This document shows positions 15,416 to 23,239 of a stretch of 24,000 bases of DNA, one piece after another. Positions within the stretch are counted from its first letter, which is position 1. Each line of letters begins with the position of its first letter. The DNA comes from Acaryochloris marina S15 (lineage in GTDB: Bacteria; Cyanobacteriota; Cyanobacteriia; Thermosynechococcales; Thermosynechococcaceae), in NCBI RefSeq assembly GCF_018336915.1, contig NZ_CP064923.1:1396818-1420817 (forward strand). The letters run 5' to 3'. The translations under genes and the position numbers were made by a program. The notes below the pieces were generated by a model that saw only the letters and a program-made list of their open reading frames with translations, made no database searches and was not told where the DNA came from.

Positions 15416-17302
15416 ATGTGCGGTATTGTCGGTTACATTGGTCCTCAGACGGCCAGCGGAATTCTGCTCTCAGGTCTACAAAAACTGGAATATCGAGGTT
15501 ACGATTCAGCGGGGATTGCCACTGTGTCAGAGGCCCAGCTCCAATGTATTCGGGCTAAGGGCAAACTTCATCACCTGGAAGAGAAGTTGGCCAGTTGGGA
15601 AAATTCGGCTGTTCTGGGCATTGGCCACACGCGATGGGCCACGCACGGCAAACCTGAAGAACATAACGCCCATCCCCATCGAGATGCTCACGACCGCTTG
15701 GCTGTGGTGCAAAACGGGATTATCGAAAACTATCGAGACCTCCGAGAGGAACTGAAAGAGCGGGGCTGTACATTTCGCTCTGAAACCGATACAGAGGTTA
15801 TCCCCCATCTAATCGCGGAAAAGCTTGACGCTCTGAAATCGGCTGGAAAGCCTTCCCTACTAGAAGCGGTTCGACAAGCAGTCAATCAGTTGGAAGGCGC
15901 ATTTGCGATCGCAGTGGTGTCCGCTGACTTCCCAGATGAACTGATCGTGGCTCGTCAGCAAGCCCCCTTAGTGGTGGGATGTGGGGATGGCGAATATTTC
16001 TGTGCCTCCGATACACCAGCTTTGATTCACCATACCCGCACGGTCTTAAACCTAGAAAACCAAGAACTGGCCCGCTTGACTACTCAGGGGGTCAACCTCT
16101 ACCACTTCGATGGTAACCGGGTTCGTCGCCCACCCCACACCCTCAACTGGAATCCAGTCATGGTGGAGAAGCAAGGCTTCAAACACTTTATGCTCAAGGA
16201 AATCTATGAGCAGCCAGGGGTCGTGCGCACTTGCCTGGAACAGTATGTAGATAGCAGCTGGCAGCCGGAACAGGAGAAAAGTCCCATTCGCCTGAATTTA
16301 GCGCCAGAGTTGACTGAGAACCTAGAAAGCATTCAAATTATGGCCTGCGGGACTAGCTGGCATGCCAGTTTGGTGGGCAAGCATCTGCTGGAACAGTTGG
16401 CAGGTATTCCAACGGTGGTTCAGTATGCCTCGGAGTTTCGGTATGCACCGTCACCCTTGACGGCCAATACCCTCACGATTGGGGTTACTCAGTCCGGAGA
16501 AACCGCCGACACTCTAGCTGCATTAGAAACGGAACAACAGCGTCGTGCCCAGCAACCTCCTCATTTACAGGCTCGTCTGTTAGGTATAACCAATCGCCCC
16601 GAAAGTTCTCTGGCTCGCCTAGTGCCCGCTATTATTGATACCCATGCCGGGATTGAAATTGGGGTGGCAGCCACTAAAACCTTTATGGCTCAACTGATGG
16701 CCTTTTACTTTTTGGCGATTGAGTTGGCCCATCAACGCAAAACAGTTCCCCCCCAGCGCTTAGGTGAAATTATCAATGGTCTGCAACAGCTCCCTGCCCA
16801 GCTAGAGCAGGTTTTAGAAAGTCAGGAGCGCTATGTGGAAACCCTGGCCCATGACTTTGTAGAAACCCAGGACTTTATCTATATCGGTCGAGGCATTAAT
16901 TTCCCCATTGCCCTAGAAGGAGCACTAAAGCTAAAGGAAATTAGCTATATCCATGCGGAGGGATATCCGGCAGGGGAGATGAAGCATGGTCCCATCGCCT
17001 TGCTCGATGCCAAGGTACCAGTGGTTGCGATCGCAATGCCAGGAACGGTCTTTGAAAAGGTTCTCTCCAATGCCCAAGAGGCACGGGCACGGGATGCTCG
17101 GTTGATTGGCGTTACTCCCATGGATGAGCGGGAAGCCAAAGAGACCTTTGATACGTTGTTACCTGTACCTGCGGTGGATGAGATTATTTCGCCATTACTG
17201 ACGGTGGTGCCGTTGCAGTTGTTGTCCTATCATATTGCCGCCCTGCGGGGTTTAGATGTGGATCAACCTCGCAATTTGGCTAAATCCGTGACGGTTGAGT
17301 AA
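15416..17302 (+). CDS. glmS: Glutamine--fructose-6-phosphate aminotransferase (isomerizing)
   Basis: 628 aa. It has the N-terminal MCGIVGY Ntn-amidotransferase start, two SIS domains (GVTQSGETADT; EGALKLKEISYIHAEGYPAGEMKHGP) and the C-terminal AKSVTVE. Confidence 0.97.
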   Translation: MCGIVGYIGPQTASGILLSGLQKLEYRGYDSAGIATVSEAQLQCIRAKGKLHHLEEKLASWENSAVLGIGHTRWATHGKPEEHNAHPHRDAHDRLAVVQNGIIENYRDLREELKERGCTFRSETDTEVIPHLIAEKLDALKSAGKPSLLEAVRQAVNQLEGAFAIAVVSADFPDELIVARQQAPLVVGCGDGEYFCASDTPALIHHTRTVLNLENQELARLTTQGVNLYHFDGNRVRRPPHTLNWNPVMVEKQGFKHFMLKEIYEQPGVVRTCLEQYVDSSWQPEQEKSPIRLNLAPELTENLESIQIMACGTSWHASLVGKHLLEQLAGIPTVVQYASEFRYAPSPLTANTLTIGVTQSGETADTLAALETEQQRRAQQPPHLQARLLGITNRPESSLARLVPAIIDTHAGIEIGVAATKTFMAQLMAFYFLAIELAHQRKTVPPQRLGEIINGLQQLPAQLEQVLESQERYVETLAHDFVETQDFIYIGRGINFPIALEGALKLKEISYIHAEGYPAGEMKHGPIALLDAKVPVVAIAMPGTVFEKVLSNAQEARARDARLIGVTPMDEREAKETFDTLLPVPAVDEIISPLLTVVPLQLLSYHIAALRGLDVDQPRNLAKSVTVE

Positions 17303-17304
17303 TA

Positions 17305-18405
17305 TTACTCAGACTGATTTCTTGCCGTCTCTTCAGCTCTTTTATAGACGGCTAGAGGATCTATCAGCATGTCACCCGGTTGAGGTTCTAAATCAGCCGT
17401 CGACAACAAAACTCTTCCTTTTTCTATATCCATCCAAGTGATGATAGCTCTGACCCAAGCATGTCGTCGAAAAACTTGTTTGGGATCGTCAATAGGATCA
17501 TGAGAAATAGCGGAATTAAGCAATAGGGCAAAACATCCTCCAATATCTACAAAAACACCATCGGGTTGAATTTTATGAACTTTACCGTCTACGATCTGTC
17601 CAACTTGTAGAGTTTCCAGACGTGCTTGGCGTTCATGATAAATATGTGCGGGATGGCGATGACCTGAAAAATCTAGTTCGCCTATTTCTTGATGGATTTT
17701 AGACTGCCTTTCTTGATACCAATGTAAATCAATTTCGTTTACTGCCAGATCAGTGATGAGATTCTCATAAAAACTTGAGAGCTTGTAAGCATCAATTGGT
17801 CGTCCATATACCGCTAGCAGAAGAGATGTGGAAAGATCAGCGATAAATTGCCGTAAGATTTGTTGGGTTACGGTCAAGTACTTTTGTCGATGTTGCTGAG
17901 CTTCTTGAGCATTTCTGTCTTCACCTCCTCCATATATTGCTAGCCTTTGCTCCCAGCGATCATAAGCAGTGTTTTCTGGGGTGAGTAAGTTGTGCCAATT
18001 AATATTACTAAGATTGTCAGAACTTGACCACCGAGAACGCTGATAGTGGAGATCAATAAATTCAATAATGCTATTAGTAAAAGCTAAAACTAGGTTGCTT
18101 GGTTTGATGAAAATTTTGAGTCGCGTTTGGTCTTCATAAGACATCCATGGCTCAATCCTAAAACAGAGAAGGTCTGTCTCAGTACTTTCTGCAATCAGCT
18201 CAACTCCTCGACCTTCTTCATTGATTACCATTTTGGCGGGAAGATGAGAATCTCGAATTTTTCCTAGCCACACATAAAGCTCTGGATAAGGATCAAATAC
18301 TGAGGATGTGTGAATGACGGTACAAATCTCATCAGTCTCTATATGCATAAAGATCCAACCCTTGGGTGACTCATTAACTTTATTTTGAGTAAAGAGGACT
18401 TTCAT
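17305..18405 (-). CDS. Orphan protein: an unrecognised ~265-aa N-terminal region fused to a C-terminal S1 (OB-fold) RNA-binding domain
   Basis: 366 aa. Residues ~266-340 (17386-17610) read LQVGQIVDGKVHKIQPDGVFVDIGGCFALLLNSAISHD...VRAIITWMDIEKGRVLLS, which is the canonical S1 pattern G..V.G.V..I...G.FVDIG...GLL..S.IS. The N-terminal part has no motif I recognise. By eye, the gene looks more AT-rich than its neighbours. Confidence 0.75.
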   Translation of the reverse strand: MKVLFTQNKVNESPKGWIFMHIETDEICTVIHTSSVFDPYPELYVWLGKIRDSHLPAKMVINEEGRGVELIAESTETDLLCFRIEPWMSYEDQTRLKIFIKPSNLVLAFTNSIIEFIDLHYQRSRWSSSDNLSNINWHNLLTPENTAYDRWEQRLAIYGGGEDRNAQEAQQHRQKYLTVTQQILRQFIADLSTSLLLAVYGRPIDAYKLSSFYENLITDLAVNEIDLHWYQERQSKIHQEIGELDFSGHRHPAHIYHERQARLETLQVGQIVDGKVHKIQPDGVFVDIGGCFALLLNSAISHDPIDDPKQVFRRHAWVRAIITWMDIEKGRVLLSTADLEPQPGDMLIDPLAVYKRAEETARNQSE

Positions 18406-18473
18406 CGTTAATGATTGAAGGTTGAAAAAATTTTGGAGAATTTAGAAGCTGAAGACAAGAAGTATTTGACAGG

Positions 18474-19994
18474 CTAATCGATTCTTGAGTTCTCTGGAGA
18501 TCGGGTATATCGGTGTTTAATCCCTACTGGAAAGTAGGTCGGATCGCCGTTAGCCAATAAGTGAATCTGTGGGGTTTGATAGCTTGCAGGAACATAGTTA
18601 GCAAATTCACTATTGAGTCTGCGAAGCTGTTGCAAGATGGATTGAGCCATCGCATGCTCTCTGGCTATGCTAGCCGTTTGACCTGGTGCAAGTTCTACAT
18701 AAATCACTAAATGAGAGTTTTGATCGGCATCCGTTTGCACCTGCATCACAAATTTGCCTGTGACCCAATCGCAAATCTCCGGCTGTTCTAGACCCACCGT
18801 CACATTCTCTGGATAGATATTGGCCCCAAAAAACGATACGGTGAAATGAGAGCGGCCAAATACATAGACAAAGGGTAGGGGGCGAATAGGGGCATGGCCT
18901 TGTTGTTGCAATGTTGTAATCGCATCAAAGCCATGAGCCTGCAAAAACGCCAACATCTGATCGTAGGGGAAAATACCACCGCGATCGCAAATGTGATACC
19001 GAATGAGGGGAATTCCATTATTACCCGAGAATAGAAGTGTTCCCTCTTCAGTGACTTCGAAATATCGACTCGTGGGATCGTACTGAACTAGGGTCGGCAA
19101 GCGAGCTTCCCCAAATACCTCAGCTGCAATATCTGGATGATTAGCCAAAAATCGACGAATACAAATGCTGAGCGGGGTTTCATTTCCCAGTACCCCGGCA
19201 TCTGCTGTGCCATACAAAGAGGCCGAGTCAAAGCAGGAGTTAGTTGAACCGACCCGCGTCCCGATTAAATCTCGCCATGCTTCGCTAAACACTTCCCCGG
19301 CCATCACCCATTTGAGATGGTATTGAGGCCACGGAACCCCTTCTGTCAGTCCTGTATCAATGACATCCTTGAGAAATGGTGGATATCCCAGCAGTACAAC
19401 CTGCTCAAACATCGGCCCCAGGGCTTGTACCACCCGCAGAATTTCAGTTTTATTATTGCCAGGCGTAATCACTGTGAGGGGATAGCCTTTACTGGCTAAA
19501 TGACGACAACAGTTGGCGGTATACATCCCTCCTACCCAGGTCCCTAAGGCAAAGCAAACCACCGCGAGAGTCCGCTTTTGATCTGCGGCAAAGCTATCGG
19601 CAAAAATTTGCTCAAAACGAGTCGCAATTTGATATTCATCAGTGATGAAGCGCGGCCAAAAGGTCGGTTCTCCCGTCGATCCAGAAGATACCGCCATCAT
19701 GTCACAGGTCTCCAACTTGCCGTCACGACAGAGACGAGGCAGTGGAAACTGCCGTAAATAATTATCTTTAGTCGTTAGAGGTAGAGTGACAAAGTCTTCT
19801 AGCGTCTGAATTTGTGTAGGGTCAATCCCCTGTTGTTGCAGGAAGTCTTTGTACGCCGGAACCGTCTGGGCAACCCGATGAAACAAAGATAGGACTTGCG
19901 CAGAGACAGAAGTTGGGGAAACAATCAGCTCCTCTAAGGACGTGTCGAGGAACGTCTGTAAAGCCTTAATTGTATTCCGGAGAGAGCCAGCCAT
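18474..19994 (-). CDS. Adenylate-forming enzyme of the phenylacetate-CoA ligase (PaaK) / coenzyme F390 synthetase-like family
   Basis: 506 aa. The motif AVSSGSTGEPTFWPR corresponds to the PaaK-type SSGTTGKPT AMP-binding loop. The protein is in the general size range of the PaaK/CapK-like ANL subfamily, somewhat longer than PaaK itself. Confidence 0.7.
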   Translation of the reverse strand: MAGSLRNTIKALQTFLDTSLEELIVSPTSVSAQVLSLFHRVAQTVPAYKDFLQQQGIDPTQIQTLEDFVTLPLTTKDNYLRQFPLPRLCRDGKLETCDMMAVSSGSTGEPTFWPRFITDEYQIATRFEQIFADSFAADQKRTLAVVCFALGTWVGGMYTANCCRHLASKGYPLTVITPGNNKTEILRVVQALGPMFEQVVLLGYPPFLKDVIDTGLTEGVPWPQYHLKWVMAGEVFSEAWRDLIGTRVGSTNSCFDSASLYGTADAGVLGNETPLSICIRRFLANHPDIAAEVFGEARLPTLVQYDPTSRYFEVTEEGTLLFSGNNGIPLIRYHICDRGGIFPYDQMLAFLQAHGFDAITTLQQQGHAPIRPLPFVYVFGRSHFTVSFFGANIYPENVTVGLEQPEICDWVTGKFVMQVQTDADQNSHLVIYVELAPGQTASIAREHAMAQSILQQLRRLNSEFANYVPASYQTPQIHLLANGDPTYFPVGIKHRYTRSPENSRID

Positions 19995-20051
19995 AGAGAG
20001 AGAGGAAAGTACTCCCCTTATCTTGGCAAACCGCTAGCGTTCGAGTCGATA

Positions 20052-21680
20052 TTATTGAGACTGAAATTGTAATTCTTGAGATGCCTGGTCAGAGGGTCCT
20101 AATGTATCAGCAAAGGAGGGGATATGGATCAAGGCATGTTGATTGCGTCCCGCATCCTTGGCTTGCATCAAGGCTTGCGTGGTTTTATCCACTAACTTTG
20201 TCATGGGGATATCATGGGCAGGTCGCACAAACCCGATCCCTATACTGACAGTGACATATTCACTAATGGGGGAATAGATATGTTTGATTTTTAAGGCTTC
20301 TATGGATTCGATACAGCGCTGAGCTAGAGGTTCGGAATTAGCGGTATTCGGTAGCAGTAGAGCAAAGGTTTCCCCTTCAAATCTGGCCACCAGGTCTGCA
20401 GGACGCTTGAGAAGAGATTCTAATTGAGACGCAATTTTTTTCAGACAATCATCGCCAGCAACAAACCCATATCCCTCATTAAATTGTCGGAAAAAATCTA
20501 GATTGATCAGAAATAGTGTCATGGGAGTCTGCTCACGAATCGCTCGCTTCCACTCTTTATCCAAACAGTCATTGAAATGCCGTCGGTTGGCAATAAAGGT
20601 TAACTCATCAGTGGTAGAGATCAGAGAAAGTTTTTTGTTGGCTTCTTCTAATTCCTTGGTGCGATCGCGGACAACGGTCTCCACAATCTTCGACTGCCGT
20701 AGGATAAAGAACACATAAGCTTCAGCCAGCACCGTAAATACTAAACCAACCCAGAACACCGCCCAGGGTAAGCCACTTCGCTTCTCATTGAAATAAACAT
20801 TAGAGGGGATAGCAGCGATAGTCCATTGCTGACCCGCAATAGGTTTGAGATCGTATCGATACTCATGTTCAGACAGCGACTGGCCTAATTTCGATTGCCG
20901 AGCATAAGGAATGTTCTGATTGGCCGTGTCAATGAGTTGAAGGTTGATGGCATCAACAGCACCCGGTTGAATAGCAGCATTGACCAAATCACTGATTCGG
21001 AAGACCCCCAAAACCAAACCTTGCAAACGTTGGCGTCTGCTGTCTAATGTGTTGGGTTGGTCTTGATAGACGGGGATGAAGGTGATGAAGCCTTTTTGGT
21101 CTTCTCGCTCCTGCACCAAGGTCAAATTAGTTGTGGATTGGACCATCCCCGTATCTATTGCTAAGGTGATAGCTTCCATGCGACTGGCATCGGATGCAAG
21201 ATCAAATCCTAAAGCTAATTCATTGCCTGCAAAGGGTTCCAGAAACGATACTGGAAAATAGTTTGATCGTTTCTGGGCACGAACCATCTTGCCTTGACTG
21301 ACCTGTTGGGTAATTTCAAAAGCAGGATAATCTTGTTGCCGCTGTTTGATAAAAGTTGCCCGGTCTGCATGTTTAACTTTAGGTACCCATTCCAGAGCTT
21401 GAATATCTTTGTGACGAGCTAAGAGGTTGTGAGTGAACTGTTTGAATTCTTTTGGTTTGACCTGATCAGAACTATCAAACAAAAGTTTGAGGCTATTAAT
21501 GACTTCCATCTTGGCATCAATATTGGCCTCCAAGCGATGGACCTGCTCATTGATATCCTGCTGAAAATCTTTCTGAATAGATTGAGTTTCTAGATAATAG
21601 AACTTCGTTGCCAATAACGCTGATAGACCAATTCCCAATATTCCTGTGGGAATAGAAATTAACGCTATTTTTCTGTTCAA
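20052..21680 (-). CDS. Membrane sensor protein: TM, periplasmic CHASE domain, TM, coiled coil, and a degenerate GGDEF domain (EGETF) with an intact RxxD I-site
   Basis: 542 aa. The start is TTG (21678-21680), with GGGGAG 7 nt upstream. CHASE-like signatures are IQALEWVPKV....RA.F, NYFPVSFLEPFAGNELALGFDLASD..R..A...A.DTG and LVQE. In the GGDEF domain, TDELTFIANRRHF and INLDFFRQFNEGYGFVAGD precede RPADLVARFEGETFALLLP. Confidence 0.8.
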   Translation of the reverse strand: MNRKIALISIPTGILGIGLSALLATKFYYLETQSIQKDFQQDINEQVHRLEANIDAKMEVINSLKLLFDSSDQVKPKEFKQFTHNLLARHKDIQALEWVPKVKHADRATFIKQRQQDYPAFEITQQVSQGKMVRAQKRSNYFPVSFLEPFAGNELALGFDLASDASRMEAITLAIDTGMVQSTTNLTLVQEREDQKGFITFIPVYQDQPNTLDSRRQRLQGLVLGVFRISDLVNAAIQPGAVDAINLQLIDTANQNIPYARQSKLGQSLSEHEYRYDLKPIAGQQWTIAAIPSNVYFNEKRSGLPWAVFWVGLVFTVLAEAYVFFILRQSKIVETVVRDRTKELEEANKKLSLISTTDELTFIANRRHFNDCLDKEWKRAIREQTPMTLFLINLDFFRQFNEGYGFVAGDDCLKKIASQLESLLKRPADLVARFEGETFALLLPNTANSEPLAQRCIESIEALKIKHIYSPISEYVTVSIGIGFVRPAHDIPMTKLVDKTTQALMQAKDAGRNQHALIHIPSFADTLGPSDQASQELQFQSQ

Positions 21681-21735
21681 AACGAATACTCCCCTCTGGA
21701 TTACTTACAAAAACAGGTCGATAAAGCTAGATCAG

Positions 21736-21744
21736 TCATCCATC
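21736..21744. repeat. Left copy of the 9-bp target-site duplication TCATCCATC
   Basis: It is identical to 23231-23239 and directly abuts the outer end of the left inverted repeat. Confidence 0.85.
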
Positions 21745-23230
21745 GGGCGTAAGCAAAGGATCGGGGATGCATGGCTCAAAGAAAAACGGGTCAAGGACAA
21801 TAGATCCTGTACCCGAACCAAAAAACTATCATGACCCTACCATCGCAATTGCTAACCGTGCTAGCCCATGACGAATTTCTAGAACAAACTGAAGCACTCA
21901 AAGTATCAACCAGCCTGAGTCAGATGGTTTATATCGTTCTGCAAATGGGCTTGTTTCTAGCTCGCTGTCTTCTGGAGGATGAACTCTCAAGGCGCGCGAA
22001 AGCAGTATTTGTATGGCCTGTATGTACTACCTGCGGAACCCGCTTACATTCGAAGGGATGGGAATCTCGTCAGATGCAGACACTGGTAGGCACTATCTCT
22101 TGAAAGCGACGGGTGGGCCGTTGTCCCAAAGGATGTCCAGGCAGTCTGTTGACTCCCCTGGATCAAGCCATTGGGATTGCCCCCTATCAGCACAGCAGCG
22201 AAGAACTGGTGCGTCTGGGCTGCTTGTTGAGTCTGTTCATGCCCTATGAACTGGCCAGTTGGATGCTGGGTCAGTGGAGTGGTCTATCCGTGAGTCCATC
22301 CAGTTTGTGGAACTGGGTGCAATCCGTGGGTAACAAAGCTCAGCAGGAATTAGAAGCTCAACTCAACGCTCAATCATCAGGGACTCAGGCCCCTTGTGAA
22401 GCGATTTCAGAGATGTTATCTGCTCTACCTTTGGCCATTGCCGCCGATGGTGTGATGGTCCCCTTTCGCCCCACCCCGAACTCACCCAAGGGAAAAATCC
22501 AGTGGCGAGAAGTCAAAGTCGCCATCTTAGCTCGCCTGGGAACACGGGTTACCCGAGCTAAAAAGGAGGTCCCCCAATTACTGCGTCGAAGACTGGTGGC
22601 AGTATTGGGCGATATCGACCAGTTCATCCCTTTACTTCAACTCGAAGCTCACAAACAAGACTTTGAATCTGCTCCAAAAGTCATCTGGCTCAGTGATGGG
22701 GGACGAGGCTTCTGGCGAGTCTATCGCACCTTGTTCTCTCATTGTGCTGTGGCAGTCCTCGACTTTTTTCATTCAGCAGGCCATCTGGCACGAGCAACTA
22801 AAGCGATGTTTGGAGATGCCCGCTCTGCTCAAGCCCAAGCCTGGTTCCGGCACTGGCGACACCAATTGCGACACGGGCAACACCTACTTGTATTACGGTC
22901 CTTGACGATATTGATTCACTCACAACTGTTAACGGGAAAGTCTTTTTCAACGTTGCTCCAGGTGCAGGCTTATTTCCAACGCCATCATAACCACATCCGT
23001 TATCGGCACTTTGAACAGCAACAGATTCCTCTCGGGTCAGGAATGGTTGAAAGTGCATGCAAGTGGTTGATTCAGCAGCGCTTTAAGGGAGTTGGCATGC
23101 GCTGGAGTGAGGATGGTTTCAACCATTTACTGATCTTGAGAATTGCCTGGGTCAATGAACGGTTTGACTCCTTATTCCCAGAGGTGACCATTCCGAAAAC
23201 TAAGGCATCCCCGATCCGCTAAATACGCCC
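21745..23230 (+). mobile_element. Complete 1486-bp insertion sequence, a DDE transposase element that I recall as ISKra4-family-like
   Basis: The terminal inverted repeats are 26 bp and match at 21 of 26 positions. They are GGGCGTAAGCAAAGGATCGGGGATGC (21745-21770) and the reverse complement of GCATCCCCGATCCGCTAAATACGCCC (23205-23230). They are flanked by the 9-bp direct repeats TCATCCATC. A single transposase frame fills the interior, and its stop lies inside the right IR. Confidence 0.88.
21831..23222 (+). pseudogene. IS transposase reading frame interrupted by one in-frame TGA (22101-22103)
   Basis: The track ORFs 21831-22103 and 22113-23222 are in the same frame and are separated only by TGA. 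The sequence reads ...LVGTIS*KRRVGRCPKGCPGS. A TGG (Trp) to TGA change needs one substitution. Downstream DDE-like blocks are AADGVMVPF, WLSDGGRGFW and GMVESACKWLIQQRFKGVGMRWSEDG. Confidence 0.8.
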
Positions 23231-23239
23231 TCATCCATC
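23231..23239. repeat. Right copy of the 9-bp target-site duplication TCATCCATC
   Basis: It is identical to 21736-21744 and directly abuts the right inverted repeat. Confidence 0.85.

Noticed and set aside
22101-22103. The TGA in the transposase read as selenocysteine or programmed read-through
   Set aside because: I saw no SECIS-like hairpin immediately downstream. A TGG to TGA point mutation in a Trp position is the simpler explanation.
22013-23058. ORFs 22013-22249 (+), 22385-22627 (-), 22663-22905 (+) and 22798-23058 (-) inside the IS
   Set aside because: They overlap the transposase frame in alternative or antisense frames and have no motifs, so I treat them as shadow ORFs.
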